Assembly (NCBI GenBank): GCA_051294375.1
Contig: JBJCIZ010000028.1
Span: 2,025,053 to 2,089,052, forward strand
Direction: 5' to 3'
Source: Paraspadella gotoi
Taxonomy: Eukaryota; Animalia; Chaetognatha
Length of the DNA: 64,000 bases
Both the position numbers and the translations under genes were made by a program. The notes below the pieces were generated by a model that was given only the letters and a program-made list of their open reading frames with translations, made no database searches and had not been told where the DNA came from. Of the stretch, positions 49,292-64,000 are shown in pieces. Numbering within the stretch: the stretch's first letter is position 1; every line of letters starts with the position of its first letter.

Positions 49292-52200
49292 ATGACTAAA
49301 TTAGTTGCCTCGCTACTCGTGTCCTGTTGGATTTTCGTTCTGTCGCAGAAGAGCAACGGGAAAATTATCGGTACGTTTTAACAAAGTTGGTAAAATATTT
49401 TAATTTAAATATAAATTGCATTATTGTGTATAAGTGGAATTGTTTTATTTATTACGTTTGAAAAATTCCGGTTCTATTTTAAAGCTTTCAATATAGTCAA
49501 AATTTTATTTCCAAGTAAATAATATTTGCCATTGTTGTTAACTTAAGAAACTCCATTTTCGTTTTATATAAAATGGTCACAACAAATATAAAAATTATTC
49601 ATTCAACAAATATGCTATCTTGTTTGAGCTGCCTCGACTTTCTGGCTGACTTTCAAGATGGCGACGATCTTGGTTTCAAATGTAGTTTGTTTATTACAAA
49701 TTCGAGGTTAAACAGTTCATAATTAAGTCGATAATTAAGTCCATAAAATCATGAAAAAGTCCTTTAAATTATAAACAAACGGTCTTAAACAAAAGGTCTT
49801 ACAACCGTACGACGTCGGAGGCAACTGCCCCTGACTCTTAAACAATTCTTTACGTTAAAAAATAATCGGGATATCCCGAGTTCACGTTTCTTCATCGTCT
49901 TCATAATCGTCGTCGCGTTCTCTCTCTCTCGAGAAACTGGGCAAAGTAAGACGCAGATATCGAATCCACGGCCGTCGGACGTCGAGCCACTTTTCTTCCT
50001 CTTCGGTCACGACCACACGCAGCCACGACTGGGAGTGAATTCTTGATTTAAAAGTGTAGTGTAAGAGTGACGTAGCCTTTTAACCATCAAAGCCTGTTCA
50101 AAGTCAGGGAAAAGATAACTTATTTATCAAATTTTATTTTTTGAATTAATCATTTTTATATTGGGTGTACCAATTTCATAGCAGTCGAGTTATTTAACTC
50201 CCGGAATCCCTGGATTTCCCATCAATCAAGCGACATAACAGTATGGCGGACTAAAATCCTCCAACCGTTCATCAGCGGCCATTGGTGCCGGAGGCAAGTC
50301 ATTCGCCTCAACACCCAAAGGTCCGGGGTTCTAGCCCGGTGGTCGCCTAGTAGTTAAGAGCGACGGGGCGCTTAACCCGCCTATTACACGGTGTTACAGC
50401 CTGATCCGAAGTTCAGGGACTGCTTATATTGAACGGTTCTATCACTAACACATAACAATAATTACTGTCTCTTCAACGGTTTAATAAACCGTTGCAATTG
50501 TATAAAACGATCATATATATATTTTATAGTTTTAATATTTTTTCTTTTCAACAGTAACCAAAATCGAAGATGCTTGTAACTATGGGCGATATAACTTCAT
50601 CGATTCAACTCCATTGTTTCCTTGTTGTCCTCTTCTCTCATGGATGAAGAGAAAGAATCTCGGTCACGTGAAATCTTTAATGGAAAGATGTTCCCCGAAT
50701 CGAGTCAGTTGCTCCGACGGGCAGATCTCTTGCCCGACTATGAAGGGACCCGCCTGTGAGATGCGGTGCGTAAACGGCTATCGTCATCACAGGTGATCAT
50801 TTAGAATTGGATAATAAACGAGTAACTGAGTTTTGTTGAGCGTGTTCCATTTTGGTTTTCAGTTGCTCTGCGGAACAACTCAAAAAGTCTGTCTGGTTTT
50901 TCTGTCTCACTTAGGTTAAAAATGCTATAACTTAATCAATTTAGTTCATATTTGGCATGAAAGTAAAGGTAATATAAGGCCTTTAATATGCGTATATATC
51001 ATACTTGCGAAGTCACGTGATAATTAAAAATTCGATGCTCTTTTGTTTTTTTCGTTGATACGGAAAGAATCTCGAACGTGAGCGACAGCTAGCGCTTCCT
51101 TTTTAAATATATATATATACATATTTTACAAATAATGATACATTGCGTCATTTAAAGTTATTGTGGTTATGTAAATTGAAGTTTTTCATGTGATGATATT
51201 ACTCTCATTTATTGTCATTTACTTTTTCGTGAGAAAAAAAAGGTAACTCATAGTTAAAATAGAATACTAAAAAAAAACGCGCGCAGCCATTTTTTTCTTT
51301 TTCAATTCATTAGCCTTAGTTATTATATTTTCAATATATATCATTGAGTATTATATCTTGTTCATGTATATTTTCATATATATACTTGTATTATATCTTG
51401 TTATATAATTTCAATCATATATCTTTGTTATTATACTTCTTCATATATATCTGTTATTATTAGTCTTTGTTATTATATTCTTTCATCATATAGGAGTCTC
51501 TGTTAATTATTCTCTTGTTATTCATAATTTTCACTATATAGGTCCTTGTTATTATATTGTTCATATATTTATCTTGCTTATTGTATATCTTGTTATTATA
51601 TTTTTCCATATATATATGCTTGTCTAGTTGATGATCGCTTGATTATTCTATACGTTTGTGCATAATATATCGTCTGCGTTATTTATAAATCTTTTCATAT
51701 CGTATATTAGTCTTGTTATCATATCCTTGTTTTCTATATATTTGTTTCATATTTATAATCTTGTTATCTATAGCTCTTGTTATTTATATATCATATATAT
51801 CTTGTTATTCATACTTTCTTTTCATAGTATATTTGTATTATATTTGTATTCATAATTTTCATAAATATACTCTTGTTATTCATATTTATCACTATCATAT
51901 GCTATGTTATTAAGTATCTTGCTTATATATTCTTCATAATATACATGCTTGTCTTATTATATCTGTTATTCATATTTTCATATATCATCTTGTTATTAAT
52001 AATTTTCATATATATCTTCTGTTCACACTATATCTTGGTTATGTAATATTTTCCATATATATCTTGTAATGTATATCTTGTATATTATATTTTCATATAT
52101 ATCTTGTTATTATGTCTTGTTATTAATTTTCAGTTATATAAATCTTGTTAATATATCTTATGTTATTATAGGTGTTGGGGCTCATATAGTATCTTTGTAT

Positions 52201-55053
52201 TATACTCTTGTTCATGCTATCTATTCAAATATATATCTTGTATTAGTATTTTCATAATATACTCTTGGTTAATATAACCTCTTGTTACTTATATTTCATA
52301 ATATAATCTTTATTATACGTCTTGTTATTATATTTTGCATATATATCTGTTATTATATCTTTGTTATTATATTTTCATATATATCTTGTTTATATATCTC
52401 TGTTATTATATTTTCAATATATATCTTGTTTAATATATCCTTGTTTATATATATTTTCATATATATCTTGTCTATTATACTCATAGTGTACATAGCACGG
52501 AGGAGCGGACTTTTCATTATATCTCTTGTTAGTTTATACTCTGTTATTATGATTTGCTCATAGCTATATCTTGTATTATATTTTCATATATATCTTGGTT
52601 AATATATCTGTTATTCATAATTATTTCATATATATCTTAGTTATTTATCTTGTTATTACATATTTTCATAATATATCTTGTTATTATATCTTGTTATTAT
52701 ATTGCAACAGATATTTCATATATAATCTTGTTAATTATATTCGTTTCATAATATATCTTCGTCTAATATATCTTGTTATTATGGCAATTTCAATAATATC
52801 TTGTTTATGGAATATGGGTCGTTGTTATTATATTTTCAATATATATCATTTGTTATTTAATAATCTTGTTATTAGTATTTGTCATATATAGTCGTGTTAC
52901 TTATGAGAGGCTCCTGTTATTATATATTTTCATTATATACTCTTGTGTAAATAATCTTGTATTATATTTTCAATATATATCTTGTTAAATATATCTTGTT
53001 ATTGTATATAATCTGTCCATACTACTACCATCACTTGTTTATTAAATAATTACTTGTGCGATTCAAATATCATCATTGTGTAATACAAACTCTTGATTTA
53101 TTATTACTTTTTCATTACTCCAGATCTTGTTAATAATCCTCTGTTATGAGGTACAGGGTTATCATATATATCTTCGTGTAATTATTATCCTTGTCTATAT
53201 ATTTTCTATATATCCTTGTTATTATTCTTGTTAATTATATTTGTCATATATAGTGCTTGTTAATTTTATATCTTGTTATTCTATATTCTTCATATATATT
53301 CTCTGTTATTATATGCTTGTTATTATTTTTCAATATATATCTTGTATTAATCAATTGTTCAGGCATACTATCTTGTATTATATCTTTGTTATTATAGTTG
53401 GTTCAATATATCCGTTGCGTATTATATTTTCATATATTCTTGTTATTATATCCTTGTTATTTCATATTGTTCATAATATATCTTGTTATATAGTCTGTTA
53501 TTATATTTTCATAATAGTATCTAGGGGGCGGGTTATTATATTTTCATACCTATATCCTTGGTTATTATATCTTGGTTATTATATTTTAAATATATATCTT
53601 GTAATTCAGTATCTTGTTATTTATTAATTTTCATATATTCTTGATTATTAATATGTTTCATATATATCTTGTTATTAATATCTTGTTATTATATTTCATA
53701 TATATCTCTTGGTAATATTATATCTCTGTTATTATAACCTTTTCATATATGATCTTGTTATTATATTTTCATATATAATCGTTGTTAGTATAATCTGGCG
53801 TTATTATCATTTTCATATATACTTGTATGATTAAGCATATTTTCATATATATCTTGTTATTATGATCATTGTTATTATATTTTCTATATCTCTTGTTATT
53901 ATACTCTGTTTAATTTTCATATATACTCTTGTTATTATACTTTTTCATATATATCTTGTTAATATATGCTTGTTATTAATATTTTCATAATACTATCTTG
54001 TTAATTATATCTTGTTATTATACTTTTCAGTATATATCTTTTCATTATATCCTTGTTATATACTTTTCATATACTTAGGTAGCTTTGATTAATGTAGACA
54101 TATTCTTGTTATTATATTTTTCATATATATCCTTGTTATTTATGTATCTTGTCGATTTCAGGCATATTGGTCAGGATATAGTATCGTTTTATATGACCTT
54201 CCCCGTCATATATATCTTGTTAATTATTCTTGTTATTAACTATTTCATATATATCTTGGTTATTTGATATCTCTGTTATTAATGTTTCATATAAATCTTG
54301 TTCATTATATCTTGTTATTAATTTTTCATATATATTCTTGTTATTATATCTTGTTATTATATTTTCATATATTACTTTGTTAATATATCTTGTTATTATA
54401 TTTCAATATATATTTGTTATTATATCTTGTTTTTATTTTCATATATTATCTATGTTATTATATCTTGTTATTAATATTTTCAATCATATATCTTGTTATT
54501 ATATTTTCATATATATCTTGTTAATATATCTTGTTATTATATTTCATATATATCTTGTTATTATATCTTTGTTATTATATTTTCATATATATCTTTTACG
54601 TTATTATATCTTGTTATTTATATTTCATATACTATCTTTGTTATTATATCTTGTTATTATATTTCCTCACTATATATCATGTCAATATAGTCTTGTTATT
54701 ATATTTTCATATATACTCTTGTTAATATATCTTGTTATTATATCTTGTTATTTCATATATTCTTGTTATTAATATCTTGTTATTATATTTTCACATTATA
54801 TCTTGTTATTATATCTTTAACTTGTGTATTATTGTTATAGTTTGGTCATATCCTTCTTTCTCTTAGTTGCGACTCTGATCCAGAAAACCGAATGCGCCGA
54901 CGGGTTTGCGCCGTAAAGATGAAGGACAACGGAAACTTGACCACGATGGGCGAATGTCGGAGAGACGAGGATTGCCAACTTGATCAAAAATGTTGTTATT
55001 CGCCGACTTTAATTACGAAAAAATACGGATCGTGCGAAATGTTTTGCTTTTAA
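49292..55053 (+). CDS. Secreted Cys-rich protein with C-terminal WAP-like domain, 167 aa; exons 49292-49370, 50555-50792, 54867-55053
   Basis: Signal-like MTKLVASLLVSCWIFVLSQKSNG. Exon lengths 79+238+187=504 nt with GT-AG sites and matching phases. C-terminus ECRRDEDCQLDQKCCYS...GSCEMFCF*. Confidence 0.85.
50242..50475 (+). mobile_element. tRNA-containing fixed-end element, copy 6 (234 bp), TSD ACAG/ACGG
   Basis: acag|TATGGCGG...GTCTCTTCA|acgg. Confidence 0.9.
51318..54835 (+). repeat. AT-rich satellite, ~25-bp unit TCTTGTTATTATATTTTCATATATA mixed with 13-bp TCTTGTTATTATA subunits, in intron 2 of the WAP-like gene
   Basis: Directly visible; noisier toward the 5' end. Confidence 0.95.
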
Positions 55054-55676
55054 AGAGATGAGGCGTTTCGTTTGGTTGTTTTTTTTTTTGGGGGGGGCGA
55101 TGTTTTTTGAAAGCTACTCATTTTATTTTTTAAATTTTTTTTTTTAGTTTTATGATTAGGAAATGGGTTAGAGATAAGGATTAGGGAAGGGATTAGGGAT
55201 TAGAGATTATTATATTTTATTTGAAAATAAAAATTAGGGTTGAATAATTAAAATTGAAATTGAGTTTAAGGATTAGGAACAGAAAACGGACTCTCTCGGA
55301 AAATAGTGCCCAACCTCAATCCGTTATTAAACAGTTTTTAAAACATTTTTTTTAAATAATATCAAAAACTAATATGGAAAACAAAATGTCAATATTCATA
55401 GTTAACTTGGAAGGTCGTAAATATAGTCATCCAGATTTTAAAAAAATAGTATCATTTGTTCTATTTTCCCATCTTTTTAATTACAGTTAAGCTACAGTTC
55501 AATTAGCTACTTAATTTAGAAAACGTAGGCGACTAAACTAGATTATTTAAAGTAAAAAAAATTATAAAAAAATGAAATAGTTAACTATTTAATATTTAAC
55601 TATATCTTCCTGACTCAAAGGCGGAAACATTAGTAGTTTAATCACGAGCAAGGAATTTCTTTCAATAATTCTCGTT

Positions 55677-55715
<39 letters not shown>

Positions 55716-55716
<1 letters not shown>

Positions 55717-57957
55717 ACGATTGACAACGACGGATGACAAAGAAGAAGACCACGACGACGGACGACGACGATGACAAAGAAGAAGGACGACGACGACAAG
55801 ACGACGACGATGACAAAAGAGACGACGACGACGACGACGACGATGACAAGAGAAGGAGAGACGACACGACGAGACGACGACGACGACGACGATAGGACAA
55901 AGAAGAGAGACGACGACGACGACGACGCGACAACGATGACAAAGAAGAAGAGAAGACGACGCGACGACGACGACGACAAAGAAGAAAGAAGACGACGAAC
56001 GACGACAATAGAAAAGAAACCAGATGAGAAATGAAATCTGGCTTGATGTTCGTCTTTGATTCAGAAAGCGAAAAAACTTTTCCACATCAATTCCGCTTCT
56101 AATGCGAAAAACTTCCAATTTTTTTCCATAAAAAACTTCTTGATTATCAAACAAAACTTTATCGGCCTTAAACATAAATATAACAAAATTTTACATCGTG
56201 TTTAATTTAAAACTTTTTTAAAATGTTTTAAACTAACGTTCACCACCGAAAAATATTAAACAGCAATTTTTTAAACATTTTAATTTGCTTAAAGCTTTTT
56301 CTCGTTCTAAAATGGAGACGGTTGAAGAAATATTTAATCCTAAGATGGAACACTCTAATCACTCTAACAATCACGAAGGAAATCGAGGTGATGTCACCGA
56401 CAAAGTATTTCACTCTGATTCACAACAAAAGCAAAATTGTGAATTTGTCAGACAAACTTTGCCAAGGCGAGTTTTGTCTCACAGGAGAATCACAAATTTA
56501 AAACAAAAAAATCATATTAAAAAACAAAAATGCGAAATTTGTTGAGAATGGTTTTCAAGATTGAATGATCATCTTCTTACTCACACAAACGATAAACCAC
56601 ACAAATGTGAAATTTGTCAAAAATGTTTTAAATTTTAAATTGCACTGAAAATTCATGTATAGAACTCATACACAAAGAAAAGCCATCACAAATGTGAATT
56701 CTGTCAAAAGAGCTTTTCAAGAGTGGCATACTANNNNNNNNNNNNNNNNNNNNNNNNNTCTCTCTCTCTCTCTCTGTACAATAAAATCGGCTACAATCAG
56801 ACGCGATTTCTTGCGACGACGACGACACGACGACGACGATGACAAAGAAGAAGACGACGACGACGACGACGATGACAAGAAGAAAGAAGAAGACGACGAC
56901 GACGACAAAGAAGAAGAAGACGACGACGACGACGACGACGATGTGACAAAGAAAAGAAGACGACGACGACGACGACGATGACAAAGAAGAAAAGACGACG
57001 ACGACGACGACACAGAATGAAGAAGAAGAAGACGACGACGACGATGACAAAGAAAGACGCACGACGACGAACACGACGCAGAATAAAGACGACGACGACG
57101 ACGACGGGACGATGACAAAGAAGAAGACGACACGACGACGACGATGACAAATCAGAAGAAGGAAAGACGACGACTGATGACGACGACGATGCCACAACAG
57201 CAAAAGAAAAGAGACGCCGATGACAAAGAAGAAGACGACGACGACGACGACGACGACGACGGATGACAAAGAAGAAGACGCACGACGACGACGACGATGA
57301 CAAAGAAGAGAAGACCGACGACGACGACGACGATGACAAAGAAGAGAAGACGACGACGACGAGACGACGTGACAAAGAAGAAGAAGACGACGACGACGCA
57401 ACTCGATGACAAAGAAAAGAAGACGAACGACGACGACGACGACGATGACAAAGAAGAAGACGACGACGACGACGACGACAAAAAGAAGAGAGACGACGAC
57501 GACGACGACGATGACAAGAAGAAGACGACGACGACGACGCAAGACAGAACAGGAAGAAGAAGACGACGACGACGACGACGATGACAAAAGAAGAAGACGG
57601 ACGACGACGACGACAAAGAAGAAGAAGACGACGACGACGACGACGACGACGACATGACAAAGAAGAAGAGGACACGACGACGACGACGACGATGACAGAC
57701 GACGACGACGACGACGACGACGATGACAAAGAGAAGACGACGACGACGACGACGATGACAAAGAAGAAGACGACGACAAGACGACGACGATGACAAAAGA
57801 AGAAGCAAGACGACCGACGAGCAGCCGATGACAAAGAAGACGACGACGACGACGACGATGACAGAAGAAAGACGACGACGACGACGACGACAAAGAAAAA
57901 GACGACGACGACGACGACGACGATGAACAAAGAAAAAAAGACGACGACGACGACAAA
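55716..57957 (+). repeat. (GAC)n-GATGACAAA-(GAA)n compound microsatellite arrays (55716-56008 and 56814-57957)
   Basis: Directly visible; it generates the poly-S/R/V/D pseudo-ORFs. Confidence 0.9.
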
Positions 57958-58270
57958 TAGAAAAAGAAACCAGTGATAGGAAATGAAATACTGGCTTGAT
58001 GTTCGTCTTTGATTCAGAAAGCGAAAAAACTTTTCCACATCACATTCAGCTTACTTATGCGAAAAAACTTCCATTTTTTTTTCCAAAAAAAAAACTTCTT
58101 GATTATCAAAACAACAACTTTATCGGCCTCTACATAATATAACAAAATTTACATCCGTTTTAATTTTAAACTTTTTAAAATGTTTTTAAACTAACGTCAC
58201 CACCGAAAAATATTTAAACAGCAAATTTTTAAACATTTTAATTTGCTTAAAGCTTCTTTCTCGTTCTAAA

Positions 58271-60730
<2,460 letters not shown>

Positions 60731-60835
60731 GTGAACTGTAAAAAAAATTATATGTCATCAAAATATACTTTAAACTTTCTTTCCATATTATGATGACTCT
60801 GCCCCTTTTTGTACCATCTCCATGACACTCCCTGT

Positions 60836-61110
60836 TCTATCCCCTATCACCTATCCTAACCCCTATTTCCTATCCCTATCACTATCACCTATCCTATTCC
60901 CTATCACCTATCCTAAACCCTATTCCCTATCACCTATTCCGATCACTATTCCCTATCCTGTCCCTATCACCTATCCATATCCTCTATACCTATCCCTATC
61001 CCCTTTTCTATCTCCTATCCCTATCCCCTATCCTATCCCCTATTACTATCCCCTATTCTTATCCCCTATCACCTATTCCCTATCCCTATCACCTATCACC
61101 CTATCCTATC
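60836..61110 (+). repeat. (CCCTAT/CACCTAT)n degenerate hexamer repeat
   Basis: Directly visible; related GGATAG/GGATTAG tracts at 40487-40526 and 55153-55203. Confidence 0.85.
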
Positions 61111-62883
61111 TCATTAAATGACGGCTAATGTAAAGTTGAGCCATAACCTTTATTTGATTTAAATTTTATTTAGTCTTGATTAAAAAAATTTGGATAAATT
61201 TTTTTCTAGAATCATGATTATTTTATTTTGTTCTCTTTTGTTCATATTGTTTCGGGAACAGAAACGCAAAATTTAATATATATATAGTATTATCTTTCTA
61301 AAATAAGAAATATTTTATCAAAATTCTTTACTCTTTTAGTCTCTGTAGTAAAAACTCTTATATGACGAAAAGCTTTTTGTTATTTTTCGCAGCTTTTGTG
61401 TATATTGCTCACAACTTGGGTGTTTTTTAAAATAATATACCTCTTTATGAAAATTTGCAAATTACTTGTTTCACTATTTTTGTTTGTAATTAATAATTGT
61501 TAAAGGTTTTAATATATCCCCTAATAGGTATAATTTAATGGAATAATATTTAAATTAGTTAATAAAGTATAGAATAAACATTTAGTTTATCTGATTTACT
61601 AACTGCTTTATTTCTGGTATGTTAATATATTTACCATCCCTATTCGAATAAAAGACGAACAATAACAAATAATTTTTTTTTAAATTTTAAAAATAAATTT
61701 AAAATTAAATCATNNNNNNNNNNNNNNNNNNNNNNNNNNNNNNNNNNNNNNNNNNNNNNNNNNNNNNNNNNNNNNNNNNNNNNNNNNNNNNNNNNNNNNN
61801 NNNNNNNNNNNNNNNNNNNNNNNNNNNNNNNNNNNNNNNNNNNNNNNNNNNNNNNNNNNNNNNNNNNNNNNNNNNNNNNNNNNNNNNNNNNNNNNNNNNN
61901 NNNNNNNNNNNNNNNNNNNNNNNNNNNNNNNNNNNNNNNNNNNNNNNNNNNNNNNNNNNNNNNNNNNNNNNNNNNNNNNNNNNNNNNNNNNNNNNNNNNN
62001 NNNNNNNNNNNNNNNNNNNNNNNNNNNNNNNNNNNNNNNNNNNNNNNNNNNNNNNNNNNNNNNNNNNNNNNNNNNNNNNNNNNNNNNNNNNNNNNNNNNN
62101 NNNNNNNNNNNNNNNNNNNNNNNNNNNNNNNNNNNNNNNNNNNNNNNNNNNNNNNNNNNNNNNNNNNNNNNNNNNNNNNNNNNNNNNNNNNNNNNNNNNN
62201 NNNNNNNNNNNNNNNNNNNNNNNNNNNNNNNNNNNNNNNNNNNNNNNNNNNNNNNNNNNNNNNNNNNNNNNNNNNNNNNNNNNNNNNNNNNNNNNNNNNN
62301 NNNNNNNNNNNNNNNNNNNNNNNNNNNNNNNNNNNNNNNNNNNNNNNNNNNNNNNNNNNNNNNNNNNNNNNNNNNNNNNNNNNNNNNNNNNNNNNNNNNN
62401 NNNNNNNNNNNNNNNNNNNNNNNNNNNNNNNNNNNNNNNNNNNNNNNNNNNNNNNNNNNNNNNNNNNNNNNNNNNNNNNNNNNNNNNNNNNNNNNNNNNN
62501 NAAATATTAAATATTTTTAAATATGAAAAACTGTAGATAATAAATGTTGCAAAATAAATTGATGTTGAATTAATTCAAACTCTTTCTCAAGATAACAAAC
62601 AATAATAATGTATAAAATTATTAGCAAATTGTCGTCGCATCACCTCGCTTCCCAGTTTTTCCAACCTGACTTTTTTTTCGGTCAAAACATTTCAACCGAA
62701 AAAATTTTCCAAGTTTTTCAGTCCAAAATCAGAATTTTTTCTTTCTTCTTTCTTTTTTTTATTTCTTTTTTTTTCAGGGATTAAACGATCAACAGTTTTG
62801 TACGGATTTTTTTCTCTTTTTTTTTAAGCGGACGAACGGATTGACGGACTCGTAAGTGTCGTTACCGGGAAATAATGCGGGAA

Positions 62884-62919
<36 letters not shown>

Positions 62920-63045
62920 NNNNNNNNNNNNNNNNNNNNNNNNNNNNNNNNNNNNNNNNNNNNNNNNNNNNNNNNNNNNNNNNNNNNNNNNNNNNNNNNN
63001 NNNNNNNNNNNNNNNNNNNNNNNNNNNNNNNNNNNNNNNNNNNNN

Positions 63046-63081
<36 letters not shown>

Positions 63082-63540
63082 CTCACCTCTTTGAATTTGT
63101 TTTTGTTTTGCTGTCGTGTATTTAAATGTTGGATTTTAAAACAAGTAATAATATTTGCTTCATGATTGTCATTTTTTAGTTTTGCTTATGGCATAAGTTA
63201 TACTTTTCTTTTACATATTTTTTCTTTATACTTTTCCGTACTCTCTCGCTTTCTGTCTTTCTTTTAACCTTTCTTATTTCAATTACTCAATTACTACCTT
63301 TTGTTTTTACCATTTCGGCAATCCTCTCTCCCTTCTTCTCTCTCTCCCTCTCCCTCCCTCTCTCTCTCCCTCTCCCTTCTTCTCTCTTTCTGTCCCTCTC
63401 TCTCTCTCTCCCTCCCTATCTTCCTCCCTCTCTCTCTCTCTCTCATCCAGTTCTCAGATTTAAATTTTCAAAGCCACAAAAACACTCGGAATAAATTTGT
63501 CTTAAAAATACTTTTTCGCGGGAAGTCAACTTTTGATGCG

Positions 63541-63579
<39 letters not shown>

Positions 63580-63770
63580 GATTTGAAATTATACTAGGAG
63601 GATCAATCAATGTTTTTTTAATAGATGAAATTAATATCGCTTAAAAATAACAGTAGACATTACATATTATAATAATAATACTTTTATTAACGTTTTCTTC
63701 TGAACAATATCCAAACTATTATTTCTTCGTCACAATCGGCTGCATTTTCTAAGCTTGTAAAAAAAATTGT

Positions 63771-63978
63771 TGTCCGTCTCTCTGTCTGTTCATTCGCCCA
63801 TCCATACATCCCCCTTCACATTAAACTCCAATAACTCGTGATTGGATGGATTAAGTCTAATCCAGCTCAAGCCCACACTTTCCTACCCACACACAATTTT
63901 TTAATAAATCCATCCATCCAATCACGAGTAATTGCAGTTTAATGCTGAAGTACGGACGAATTGACAGATGGACGGACA
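63771..63978. mobile_element. Foldback/MITE-like element with long imperfect inverted arms
   Basis: ttcacattaaactccaataactcgtgattggatggat is the near reverse complement of atccatccaatcacgagtaattgcagtttaatgctgaa; outer arms tgtccgtc...gacggaca. Confidence 0.6.
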
Positions 63979-64000
63979 TATGATTTATCATGATCAAATA

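Noticed and set aside
50274-50348. Functional tRNA genes
   Set aside because: The D and anticodon stems do not pair properly, the T loop is out of register, and the module is embedded in a dispersed repeat.
51658-54772. Hydrophobic I/L/Y-rich membrane ORFs
   Set aside because: Translations of the AT-rich satellite inside an intron.

Overview
Eukaryotic (animal-like), AT-rich draft-assembly window. It has many N gaps, (AG)n tracts and several indel-rich stretches that look like unpolished long-read patches. No bacterial-type systems (CRISPR, operons, rRNA) are visible. Genes read across splice sites: (1) a ~38 kb minus-strand Nostrin-like F-BAR/HR1 gene (ATG 40760, exons down to ~3051), largely missed by the ORF track; (2) nested within it, a probable DZIP3-type HEPN-domain ORF (RNAISH motif), a KLHDC1/2-like kelch ORF and WD40-like fragments; (3) a 4-exon XK-related scramblase-like gene with an unusually long multi-TM C-terminal extension; (4) a 3-exon, 167-aa secreted Cys-rich protein ending in a WAP-like domain; (5) a C2H2 zinc-finger array. 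The most unusual feature is a 234-bp dispersed element (6 copies plus 1 relic). It has fixed, non-inverted ends (TATGG...CTCTTCA), 4-bp target-site duplications, no poly(A) tail and an internal tRNA-like module, and an empty homologous site exists in the window. It fits neither a standard SINE nor a standard MITE. Several large direct duplications flank ~25-N gaps and are probably assembly artefacts. All family assignments are by eye from motifs; no searches were run.
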